From NCBI GenBank assembly GCA_028865345.1, contig JAGWKL010000001.1, positions 235,098 through 299,097 of the forward strand: 64,000 nucleotides of DNA, read 5' to 3'. Positions 50,466 to 59,239 of this stretch are shown piece after piece. This DNA comes from Candidatus Omnitrophota bacterium (GTDB lineage: Bacteria > Omnitrophota > Gorgyraeia > Zapsychrales > Fredricksoniimonadaceae). Numbering within the stretch: the stretch's first letter is position 1; the number at the start of each line of letters is the position of its first letter. Both the position numbers and the translations under genes were made by a program. The notes beneath the pieces are model-generated. The model had not been told where the DNA came from. It made no database searches and was given only the letters and a program-made list of their open reading frames with translations.

Positions 50466-51671
50466 TCATAAGGAGGTCTTTTTTGCAACAATGACGATGC
50501 CGGATGTGGTAAGCACAAAACGCTGGCGGTCCAGGGCCGGATAAAAGCCGATCTTTGTCCCCGCGGGGATGTTCACATTCTTATCGATAATGGCCCCCTG
50601 GATCTGGGCCCCCTTGCCGATGGTGACGCTGTCCATGATCACGGAATTCCTGATCAACACCCCGTCCCTGATGACCACGTTGTTCGAAACCACCGAATGT
50701 TCGACCCTTGCACTTTCCAGCACGCACCCGCCGGCGATCAGGGAATCGACCACGGAGCCCGGCGTCTTGCCGGTCGTGTAGACCCTTAAAGGGGTATACC
50801 GGTGATGGCTGGTGCGCAAAGGCCAGGACTTATCGTCAAGGCTGAATTTAGGCTTCGGCCCGCAGAGGTCCATATTGGCCTGGTAATAGGAGTCCCGGGT
50901 CCCGATGTCCCTCCAATAAGGAGATATTTCATTTTCTTTGGCAAAGTCATAGGCAAAGACCTTTAATTTCTTGGCCAGCATCTGCGGGATGATGTTCTTG
51001 CCGAAATCGTGGCCCGAATCGGTCCTTGCGGCATCGTCGGCCAGTTCTTTCTTAAGGGTCTCGGTGTTGAACAAATAAATCCCCATGGAACCGAAAATCT
51101 CGTTGGGACTATGGGGAATAGTCCTTGGCTTCTCGGGCTTTTCCTGGAAACCTTCGACCATGTTCTGCTTGTTGACCTCCACCACCCCGAAATGGATGGA
51201 ATCGCTTTTGGGCATGGTGACGCAGGCCACCGTCATGTCGGCGCCTTTGTCCACATGGTAGTCGATCAGCTTGCGGTAATCCATTTTATATACGTGGTCC
51301 CCGGCGAGGATCAACACCAGGCTGGGGTCATAATCGCCCACCATGTTCAAATTCTGGTAAATGGCGTCCGCGGTGCCGCGGTACCAGTCGCTGGAAATGC
51401 GCTGCTGGGCAGGGACCACGTCGATAAATTCTCCCAGCTGGTTGGAATAGATGTTCCATCCTTCCAAAATGTGGCGCTGAAGGGAAAATGATTTGTACTG
51501 GGTAAGAAGGAAAATACGCCTGAGGCCGGAATTGACGCAATTGGAAAGCGCAAAATCAACGATGCGGTAAATGCCCCCGAATGGCACGGCGGGCTTGGCC
51601 CTGTCGCGGGTCAAAGGATCCAGGCGCTCGCCCTTGCCTCCGGCCAACACAAAAGTCAAAACTTCACGCAT
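50466..51671 (-). CDS. glgC: Glucose-1-phosphate adenylyltransferase
   Basis: 'LAGGKGERLDPLTRDRAKPAVPFGG' plus C-terminal hexapeptide beta-helix. Confidence 0.9.
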   Translation of the reverse strand: MREVLTFVLAGGKGERLDPLTRDRAKPAVPFGGIYRIVDFALSNCVNSGLRRIFLLTQYKSFSLQRHILEGWNIYSNQLGEFIDVVPAQQRISSDWYRGTADAIYQNLNMVGDYDPSLVLILAGDHVYKMDYRKLIDYHVDKGADMTVACVTMPKSDSIHFGVVEVNKQNMVEGFQEKPEKPRTIPHSPNEIFGSMGIYLFNTETLKKELADDAARTDSGHDFGKNIIPQMLAKKLKVFAYDFAKENEISPYWRDIGTRDSYYQANMDLCGPKPKFSLDDKSWPLRTSHHRYTPLRVYTTGKTPGSVVDSLIAGGCVLESARVEHSVVSNNVVIRDGVLIRNSVIMDSVTIGKGAQIQGAIIDKNVNIPAGTKIGFYPALDRQRFVLTTSGIVIVAKKTSL

Positions 51672-51682
51672 TCAAACTTGCT

Positions 51683-53839
51683 TCACTTTCTTCTTTTAAA
51701 ATATTGTTTATTGATAAAAACCTTCTTTTTTTTCCCATTTATAATATCATGAATCTTTTGAACATCAACTTTATCTTCTAGCCCCAATTTTTTGGCTTTA
51801 TCGATCATTGCCAGCGCCTTTTTGTCCTTGCCCTCCTTGGCCAGACAACGGGCCAGCCCGAAATATCCCTCGATGTTCCTGGGGAAAATGGACAGCACCC
51901 GCCGGTACTCGTCAATGGCCCCGTCATAGTGTTTAAGTTCCTCATAGGCATGCGCCAGCCCAAGAATGGAAGGCAGATCGCCGGTATAGATGGCCGCCAA
52001 CCGGTAATTCACGAACGCCTTTTTATATTCGTGCCTCTTGGTGTAAATTTTGGCCAGAATATGGTAGGCCTGCCCGTAATCCGGGGCCACGGCGAGCGCT
52101 TCCCTGGCCTCCCGGATCGCCGCCTCATCGGCGTCCAGGGTCTCGAGAATATAAGCCCTATTGACAAAGGGAAACGGCGTCACGAGCTTTGTCCCTAATT
52201 TATAAAGGTTCATGGGCTTAGGGACCCAATGATGGATGTCGACGGAAAACTTCCTGATAAAAGGCATATTATACGGCGTCTTTTTAAGAAAAATGACCCC
52301 ATCATAGTCCAGATAAACAATGGACCAATCCTTAAAAGAATGAAACATTTTAAGGCAGGCCGGCGGGATCTCCTGATGGGCATTATTGAGAAACGCCCCG
52401 GTGATATTGTCCTTGCGTTCGAATTGCTCAAAGACCTTGGCATTGCCCTGCATCCATATCTTCTGGTAATTTTCGAAAAATTTGGCCCCGTACTCTTCGG
52501 TGCGCCCGTCGATAAAGACCTTGACGGCGGGGTCCACCCTGCCGACTAAATAGGCGCCGGAATTAAAATCGTTGAAAAAATTTCCCTTGATCTTTTGGGC
52601 CACCAGGAAATTCACCGCTTCATAGGGATAAACCCGCTTGGAGACGCCGAAAAATTCGCTCTTGCGCCCATAGGTGTCAAAATCGAAATAACCGTTGCTG
52701 GACATCTGTATGCCGAAATTCATCATCCATAACATGAGTATTATTTCTATGATAATAACGGTCAGATATTTGAATTTAGGAGATGAAAAGTGCAAAGGCA
52801 CCACGTTTTTCCAGGAAATGGAAATGGCATTGACCATCAGGACCATATAGGCCGCCACCGCAAAAAACACCATGTTGCGGATGGCCGCCAGCGAAAATGC
52901 CAGGAAAATGGCCCACACCAAAAGACTGCTGACGTCGATCTTGCGGCGGTTAAAGACAAAGCTCAGGAAGGAAACGACGATCAGGGCCTTGTAATACATC
53001 CACATGTTGGTAAAAATGTTCTGGGCGGTGATGGGCCTTTGCAATTCGACGATGTGCTTAAAAAATATCTTATTGCTTCCCGATAAGCTGAAAAAGACCT
53101 TCACCGGGTACCAGGCGCCCTTGAAGGTGTCCGGATTGACGCAGCAGGCCAGGATCAGAAGGGGAAACAATATTTTAAGCGACCGGTATTCCCCGTCGGT
53201 CAGACGGCCTGTCGTGTTCCATTCATACGGCATGGGCACGCGGCGTTTGAGGAATTCCGACAGGATGGCCACCGCCACCAGCAATGGCCCGAAAAAGAAA
53301 AAGCCGTGCGTGTTGGCCCATATGATCTGCAGCCCCACCAGCGCATAAAGGGCCCAGCGTTTATTGATGTGCAGGGAAAGGACATAGATGTACAGCACGA
53401 AGAACAGGATGCTGAAAATATCCGGGCGGATGGTAAAGCGGGTCTGGTAAACCATCAAGACCATGAGCAATGACACCACGGACAGCCACTGGCGTTCGCG
53501 GCTATAGCCCAAAAACAATAAAAACAGGAAGGTGGCACCCACTACCAGCGACTGCATGGAGATAAGCCCGTTGAAACCGTAGGCCCGCTGTACCAGGTAG
53601 ACCAGCACCTGGAACAGCCACTCATGATTGACCCAAGGTTTGCCGGCGATAGTGCAGGAAAGCACGTCGTAATGAGGGACAAAACCATGCTGCCAGATCC
53701 ACCAGCCCATCCGCAGGTGCAGCCAGAGATCCAGGTCCTTGATCTCAAGACTGGAGCTGAAGGTGACGAGGCAAAAAAGCAGGCCGATGGCCAGCCAGCC
53801 GAAGGTGACGCTCAGGTGTCTCCAGAACCGTTCGCTCAT
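51683..53839 (-). CDS. Polytopic membrane protein (about 12 TM) with C-terminal TPR repeats; GT-C-like / TMTC-like architecture
   Basis: N-terminal TM core with first-loop motif 'DLDLWLHL...PWVNHEWLFQVLVY'; C-terminal 'AYHILAKIYTKRHEYKKAF...' TPRs; paralog of 55303..56829. Confidence 0.55.
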   Translation of the reverse strand: MSERFWRHLSVTFGWLAIGLLFCLVTFSSSLEIKDLDLWLHLRMGWWIWQHGFVPHYDVLSCTIAGKPWVNHEWLFQVLVYLVQRAYGFNGLISMQSLVVGATFLFLLFLGYSRERQWLSVVSLLMVLMVYQTRFTIRPDIFSILFFVLYIYVLSLHINKRWALYALVGLQIIWANTHGFFFFGPLLVAVAILSEFLKRRVPMPYEWNTTGRLTDGEYRSLKILFPLLILACCVNPDTFKGAWYPVKVFFSLSGSNKIFFKHIVELQRPITAQNIFTNMWMYYKALIVVSFLSFVFNRRKIDVSSLLVWAIFLAFSLAAIRNMVFFAVAAYMVLMVNAISISWKNVVPLHFSSPKFKYLTVIIIEIILMLWMMNFGIQMSSNGYFDFDTYGRKSEFFGVSKRVYPYEAVNFLVAQKIKGNFFNDFNSGAYLVGRVDPAVKVFIDGRTEEYGAKFFENYQKIWMQGNAKVFEQFERKDNITGAFLNNAHQEIPPACLKMFHSFKDWSIVYLDYDGVIFLKKTPYNMPFIRKFSVDIHHWVPKPMNLYKLGTKLVTPFPFVNRAYILETLDADEAAIREAREALAVAPDYGQAYHILAKIYTKRHEYKKAFVNYRLAAIYTGDLPSILGLAHAYEELKHYDGAIDEYRRVLSIFPRNIEGYFGLARCLAKEGKDKKALAMIDKAKKLGLEDKVDVQKIHDIINGKKKKVFINKQYFKRRK

Positions 53840-54546
53840 AAATGGGTATAAAATGCAGCCTGCAACAATTGCCGCGTGTACGGATGCTGAGGCGCCTCCA
53901 GGACCGCAGGCATAAGGCCTTGTTCAACGATTTTACCCTGATGCATGACAGCTATTTTATCACTAAACCGGCGCACCAGACGTAAATTATGCGAAATAAA
54001 AATATAGGTTAGCCCTAAGTCCTGTTTTAATGTCTTAAGCAAATCCGTGATCTGTTTTTGCACCAGGGTGTCCAGGGCTGAAACAGCTTCATCCAAAAGC
54101 AATACCCTGGGGCAAGCCAGCAGGCAGCGGGCAATGGCAATGCGCTGGCGCTCGCCGCCGCTGAATTCATGGGGAAAACGGCCTAAAATCCCGGAGCTCA
54201 ACCCCACCTTCGTCAGCATAGAGGCCATTTTCTCTTCGATCTGCCGACCGGATAAAGTGCGGTTGTGCCACAAAGCTTCTTTTAAGATGGAGCGCACATT
54301 CCATAAAGGATCAAGCGACCCCACAGGGTCCTGAAAGACCATTTGCAAAGTTCCGCGTCCGGCCTTAATGACTCCCTCATCAGGCGTTATCAGGCCCATG
54401 ATCATTTTGGCCAGGGTGGTCTTGCCGCTGCCTGATTCTCCGACAATGGCCAGATTGTCCCCCTGCCGCAGGCCCAAGCTGACGCCGTCGACAGCGCGTA
54501 CGCCCTTAAAAGATTTTGAAACGTTGTGGACTTCCAGGATGTTCAT
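53836..54546 (-). CDS. Peptide/nickel-type ABC transporter ATP-binding protein (DppF/OppF-like)
   Basis: Walker A 'GESGSGKTT', 'FSGGERQR', 'LLLDEAVSALD'; 4-nt overlaps on both sides. Confidence 0.85.
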   Translation of the reverse strand: MNILEVHNVSKSFKGVRAVDGVSLGLRQGDNLAIVGESGSGKTTLAKMIMGLITPDEGVIKAGRGTLQMVFQDPVGSLDPLWNVRSILKEALWHNRTLSGRQIEEKMASMLTKVGLSSGILGRFPHEFSGGERQRIAIARCLLACPRVLLLDEAVSALDTLVQKQITDLLKTLKQDLGLTYIFISHNLRLVRRFSDKIAVMHQGKIVEQGLMPAVLEAPQHPYTRQLLQAAFYTHL

Positions 54547-55316
54547 TGGGCGGCCTCTATCAATGCCCTGGTGTACTCGTGCGCGGGGCCGGCCAGCACC
54601 TTTGCCGCCGGTCCTTTTTCCACAACCTCTCCCTGCTTTAAGATAACAACATCATCCGCGATGCGGGAGATCATTCCCAGATCATGCGCGATAAGCAGGA
54701 TGGAAATGCCCTTGGCTTTAAGGCGGACGAACAACTCCATGATCCGGGCGGCCAGGGTGACATCCAAGCTGCTGGTCGGCTCATCGGCGATGACCAGGGA
54801 AGGCCCGCAGGCGACGGCCAGAGCCACCATGGCGCGCTGGCGCATGCCCCCGCTTAACTGGTGCGGAAAACTTTTATAAACGCGCTGTCCTTGAGGCAAT
54901 TGGACCTCATCCAGGGTTTCCAGGGCCTTTTGATACCTCTGCGCTTTGGATAATGTTGTATGCGCCGAGAGGACCTCATCCATCTGCCGCCCGATGGTAA
55001 ACAAAGGGTCCAGGGCGCTTTGCGGTTCCTGAAAGACCATGCCGATGCGGCCTCCGCGGATACGGCGCATGTCTTCGCCGGAGAAGTCCAACAGATTTTT
55101 CCCTTCGAAAACGATGCCGCCCTGCCTGACCAGGAGCGCCGGAGGCAGCAGGCGCAAAATGGACAATCCGACCGTTGTCTTGCCGCTGCCCGAGCCGCCG
55201 GCAACGGCCACGATCGCCCCCCGCGGCACGTCAAAAGAGACCTGGTTGACAAGGGTGTTGTCTCCTGCTGTAACGGTCAAACGATCGACCGATAATAAAG
55301 GATCAAAGCTGGACAT
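54543..55316 (-). CDS. Peptide/nickel-type ABC transporter ATP-binding protein (DppD/OppD-like)
   Basis: Walker A 'GGSGSGKTT', 'LSGGMRQR', 'LVIADEPTSSLD'. Confidence 0.85.
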   Translation of the reverse strand: MSSFDPLLSVDRLTVTAGDNTLVNQVSFDVPRGAIVAVAGGSGSGKTTVGLSILRLLPPALLVRQGGIVFEGKNLLDFSGEDMRRIRGGRIGMVFQEPQSALDPLFTIGRQMDEVLSAHTTLSKAQRYQKALETLDEVQLPQGQRVYKSFPHQLSGGMRQRAMVALAVACGPSLVIADEPTSSLDVTLAARIMELFVRLKAKGISILLIAHDLGMISRIADDVVILKQGEVVEKGPAAKVLAGPAHEYTRALIEAAQ

Positions 55317-56829
55317 AAACCGCCTTTATTTCATAGCGCCTGATGACAGGGGCATTTTGCGCGTTGCGTTTAAGCCATATGATGGCCTTGTCCGTGTCAT
55401 ACACGGTGGCCCACGCAGGGTCCGCAAAACGGTCCTTCATGAACCTGGCCGCCCACGGTGTCACATCGAGACTGAAGAAAATAGCATTGAAATGATACCG
55501 GTCATCCATTTTCTTCCAAAGCGCATTGTCCATCTGCATGGGGACATACGTCCCGGAAAAGAACCCCGGCGGAAAAGCTTCCATGCGGTCGTCGACAAAC
55601 AATTTGTACCGGGGGCTCAAATGAAAAATCAAATATCCCCCGATATCATAATTGTTAAAAATGGGCCCGGATATCTTTTCCTTTTTAAAGAATTCAGCCG
55701 CCCTATTGGAGCCGGGGGCAAGGCCCAAAAAAGGCCTGGTTTTCCAATTATAATTGACGGAGGCTGAAACAATGATCCCCAAAACCAACAGGACTGTCTC
55801 CATGATCTTGCCCAGCCGGGCGTTCTTATTGCGCAGCCGGCGGCCGTACACATACGCCGATAACGGCATCCAAAAAAAACCATAAAGCCCTATCAAACGC
55901 ACCGCCGTGACGGCTGCCAGCGACAAGAGCGCGGTCAGCGATACGGCGACGATGTGTTTCTTAAAACCTTCCCGCCGGACCAGGCCCCCCAGGCCCGCAA
56001 CCAAAAGGCCCAACGTAAAAACGAAATACAGCGCGAAAGACTTCCAGGGCATGAAGCCGGCTTTCAAGAAATACGACACCGGCTGGTTTTCCAGGATCCA
56101 ATACGCGTAGGCTTCGTTGATATGGAAAGGCGCCAGAAATCCCCTGATGCCTGAGGGATTGATCAGGCACATGGCCAACTGCAGGAAAAAAAGCCTACGC
56201 AGCGATCTTGCTTGGGACCCCTGCCCGTCACCGTACGCCTGCCACCAGAAAAACGCCGTCAAGACCGGCCCCGCGATAAAGAAAATATGCATGTTGACCC
56301 AAATGACCTGCAAAACACATGCAGCGACGGCCAAAGAGCGGGAACTCATTTTATTTTGCCGGAAAGATTCAAGCATCCACAAGAAAATGCCGCAAAACAG
56401 ATAACTGATGCCTTCGGGACGGGGTTCGTTACGAAAAGCAATGAGGGGAAAACTCAATAGGGCAAAGGCGCAGGCCAGAAGAAATGAAGAATGCCTGCGG
56501 CTGCAGTGAAAGAAAATGGTAAAGGTCAGAAGTTCCAGGAGCAAATACACCAACGACAGCCCTGTAAAGCCGAAATAATGCCATAATACATAACAAAGGA
56601 CTCCGAAGAGCCAATGGTGATTGACAAAAGGATATTGAGGATCGGTGTAAGAATAGTAATTCTTATACAAGATGTCCCAATTCCCCTGCAATATCAGCTT
56701 GCCGTTGGTGATATGGCGTCCCAAATCCGACCTGATAAAATCAACGGGGACAGCCAGGTGCCATGCCAGCCAGGACAACATCAGCACAAAAATTGTCCAC
56801 CGGCCTATATGTGCGATTCTTTCTTTCAT
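55303..56829 (-). CDS. Polytopic membrane protein, paralog of the N-terminal core of 51683..53839 (no TPR)
   Basis: Shared motifs 'PFVNHHWLFGVLCY' / 'IWVNMHIFFIAGP' / 'FNNYDIGGYL...LFVDDRMEAF' with the larger paralog; embedded between ABC ATPase and permease genes with overlapping start and stop. Confidence 0.55.
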   Translation of the reverse strand: MKERIAHIGRWTIFVLMLSWLAWHLAVPVDFIRSDLGRHITNGKLILQGNWDILYKNYYSYTDPQYPFVNHHWLFGVLCYVLWHYFGFTGLSLVYLLLELLTFTIFFHCSRRHSSFLLACAFALLSFPLIAFRNEPRPEGISYLFCGIFLWMLESFRQNKMSSRSLAVAACVLQVIWVNMHIFFIAGPVLTAFFWWQAYGDGQGSQARSLRRLFFLQLAMCLINPSGIRGFLAPFHINEAYAYWILENQPVSYFLKAGFMPWKSFALYFVFTLGLLVAGLGGLVRREGFKKHIVAVSLTALLSLAAVTAVRLIGLYGFFWMPLSAYVYGRRLRNKNARLGKIMETVLLVLGIIVSASVNYNWKTRPFLGLAPGSNRAAEFFKKEKISGPIFNNYDIGGYLIFHLSPRYKLFVDDRMEAFPPGFFSGTYVPMQMDNALWKKMDDRYHFNAIFFSLDVTPWAARFMKDRFADPAWATVYDTDKAIIWLKRNAQNAPVIRRYEIKAVYVQL

Positions 56830-57881
56830 ACCGGATCAAACGCGTCCCTCAGGGAGTCTCCGACGACATTAAAACACATCACCGCTATAAAAATGAACAG
56901 CCCGGGAAGCAATATCCACGGCGCAAAGATGACGGGCACGATATGCATGGCATCGGAAAGCAGGTTCCCCCAGCTGGGAACAGGGTCCTGGATCCCCAAA
57001 CCCACCACACTTAAGCCCGCTTCCGCCAGGATGTACGACGAGACCGTAAGCATCAGGGTGGCCATGGAATAGGAAATCGTCTGGGGCAGGATATGTTTGC
57101 AAATAATGACGATATCCGGCACCCCCAGCGTTTTCGCGGCCAGCACATAGTCCCGCTCGCGCAACGAAAGGGCCATGCCGCGGATGATGCGCGCCAGGGA
57201 CGCCCAGCCGATCAGGGACAAAATAACGACAACGCTCAAGTACACCTGCACGGAATTGAAATTTTCCGGCACCGCGGCCCTTAAGGCCAGCATCAGGTAA
57301 AATCCCGGGATCATCATGAACATCTCGCAGATCCTCATCAAAACCCCGTCCACCCACCCGCCGTAATACCCGGCAATGCCGCCGACCAAAAGCCCGATGG
57401 CAAAGGACAGGGCCACCCCCAATAACCCGATGGACAAAGAGATCCTGGCCCCGTACCAGATGCGCGAAAACATGTCGCGACCGCGCGCATCCGCGCCCCA
57501 AATATAAAGGCGGCCGGGACGATCGACGCTAAAGAGCCTTCCGTGTTTAAAAAATTGCAGGGGATATTTTACGGCGCGGTCGACCACATACACACGCCGA
57601 TGCACGGCATCAAAGGTCATGGTACGCTTATAAACAAAAGGACGCACCCAATGCCCGTGGTCCATGAACTCGATCGCCGTCGGAGGGCAATAAGAGAAAT
57701 TCCGGTCCTCGTCCTGATAGGAATACGGGCATATAAAATCAGCGCCAAGGGCCATGGCGTACAAAAAGACCAGGCACCAAAGACAAAGCATGGCCACACG
57801 GCTGGCACGAAAGGCGGCAAAGGCCGATTGGGTGCGGCTTCGATGTTTAACGGCGCTGTTCATATCTGATCCGCGGGTCAA
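56826..57881 (-). CDS. Peptide/nickel ABC transporter permease (DppC/OppC-like, with OppC_N extension)
   Basis: 6 TM, EAA-loop region, N-terminal periplasmic extension. Confidence 0.85.
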   Translation of the reverse strand: MTRGSDMNSAVKHRSRTQSAFAAFRASRVAMLCLWCLVFLYAMALGADFICPYSYQDEDRNFSYCPPTAIEFMDHGHWVRPFVYKRTMTFDAVHRRVYVVDRAVKYPLQFFKHGRLFSVDRPGRLYIWGADARGRDMFSRIWYGARISLSIGLLGVALSFAIGLLVGGIAGYYGGWVDGVLMRICEMFMMIPGFYLMLALRAAVPENFNSVQVYLSVVVILSLIGWASLARIIRGMALSLRERDYVLAAKTLGVPDIVIICKHILPQTISYSMATLMLTVSSYILAEAGLSVVGLGIQDPVPSWGNLLSDAMHIVPVIFAPWILLPGLFIFIAVMCFNVVGDSLRDAFDPV

Positions 57882-58821
57882 CCACAGTCAATAAAATATC
57901 GGCCAGGACATTGCCGATGACCAAAAGCACTCCTGCCAGTAACGTGCTGCTCATGACAAGATACACGTCCTTGGCGCGTACCGCCGTCAACAGCAAGGAG
58001 CCCAATCCGGGCCAGCTGCAGACGATCTCGATCAAGGCCGCCCCGCTTAAAAGTGAGGCAAATTCATACCCCAATAAAGTGACCAAAGGATTAAAGGCGT
58101 TGCGCAGGGCATGGCGGTAAATCACCGTGCCTTCCGGCAGGCCGCGGGCCCGGGCCGCTAAAATATACTGTTGGCGCAAAACACCCAGCATATTTCCGCG
58201 CATGATCCGCTGTAAGGACGCCATGGAAGACAGGGAAAGGACGCCGGCCGGGATCACCAGATGCAGCGCCGTATCCTTGATTTTGCCGAGGAGATTAAAG
58301 TCGTCGTAATGCGGACTGTGCATGCCGCCCAAGGGAAGCACTCCCCATCGGCTGGCCGCATACAGGACCAGCACCGCTAAAAAGAAACCCGGCGTTGAAA
58401 AGGCCGCGAACGAAAATACGGAAAGGGCCCGGTCCACCCACTGGTTCCGGCGCAATGCGGCCCAGATCCCCAACGGGATGCCGATCCCCCATGTCAAAAT
58501 CAAACTGGTAAACGACAGGATAAAGGTATTGAACAAGCGGCTGCCCAGGACATGGGTGACAGGGACATTGTAATAAAAGGAATACCCCCATTCCCCGTGC
58601 AGGATATTGATGAGCCAATGCCAGTATTGAAGCACAAAGGGATCATTGAGATGATAAAGCCGCTCGTAACGGTCGACCATGCTTTGCGAAATTTGAGGGT
58701 TCAGGCGCAGGCTTTCAAAAAAGCTGCCCGGGGTGGCATGCATGAGCCAGAAGGTAAAAAAGCTCACGGCCAGCAACAGCAGGATCGTCGAGAACAAGCG
58801 TTGGAGGATATGTTTAAGCAT
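57847..58821 (-). CDS. Peptide/nickel ABC transporter permease (DppB/OppB-like)
   Basis: 'MLKHILQRL...' BPD_transp_1 fold, 324 aa. Confidence 0.85.
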   Translation of the reverse strand: MLKHILQRLFSTILLLLAVSFFTFWLMHATPGSFFESLRLNPQISQSMVDRYERLYHLNDPFVLQYWHWLINILHGEWGYSFYYNVPVTHVLGSRLFNTFILSFTSLILTWGIGIPLGIWAALRRNQWVDRALSVFSFAAFSTPGFFLAVLVLYAASRWGVLPLGGMHSPHYDDFNLLGKIKDTALHLVIPAGVLSLSSMASLQRIMRGNMLGVLRQQYILAARARGLPEGTVIYRHALRNAFNPLVTLLGYEFASLLSGAALIEIVCSWPGLGSLLLTAVRAKDVYLVMSSTLLAGVLLVIGNVLADILLTVVDPRIRYEQRR

Positions 58822-58851
58822 ATTTACTTGTCACTGATAGGTATCCCTGCT

Positions 58852-59220
58852 TGTCATTCTGAGGCCCGAAGGGCCGAAGAATCTCTTATAGAATAGACTT
58901 ATATAAATCAATCCACCCTGGATTAAATTTTTCTATTAGCTCGACTTTTTTACGGCGCAACCAACCTTTGATCTGTTTCTCACGTGTTATTGCATTGACA
59001 ATGTCTTCGAAAGTTTCATAGTAAACTAATTTATGGGTTTTATATTTTCTTGTAAAACCTTCTACTAAGCCTGTCTTATGCTCATAAACCCTTTTGACTA
59101 AATCACTAGTTATACCAACATACAGAACCTTGTCGTTCTTATTAGTCAGAATATAAACATATCCTCTTTTATCAATCATGTTGTTCTTTTAGAGATCCTT
59201 CGCTTCGCTCAGGATGACTA
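58852..59220. mobile_element. About 370 bp mini-element: GIY-YIG ORF bounded by about 30-bp imperfect terminal inverted repeats
   Basis: Left 58853..58886 'TGTCATTCTGAGgccCGAAGggcCGAAGAATCTCT' vs reverse complement of right 59191..59219 'TAGTCATCCTGAGCGAAGCGAAGGATCTCT'; 27/29 core matches plus two 3-nt insertions that create a GGCCCGAAGGGCC palindrome; inserted between the SBP and permease genes of the ABC operon. Confidence 0.4.
58886..59179 (-). CDS. GIY-YIG nuclease superfamily protein (UPF0213/YhbQ-like, stand-alone)
   Basis: 'GYVYILTNKNDKVLYVGITSDLVKRVYEHK' GIY...YIG motifs, 97 aa. Confidence 0.8.
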   Translation of the reverse strand: MIDKRGYVYILTNKNDKVLYVGITSDLVKRVYEHKTGLVEGFTRKYKTHKLVYYETFEDIVNAITREKQIKGWLRRKKVELIEKFNPGWIDLYKSIL

Positions 59221-59239
59221 ATAACGTAAACCAAAATGA

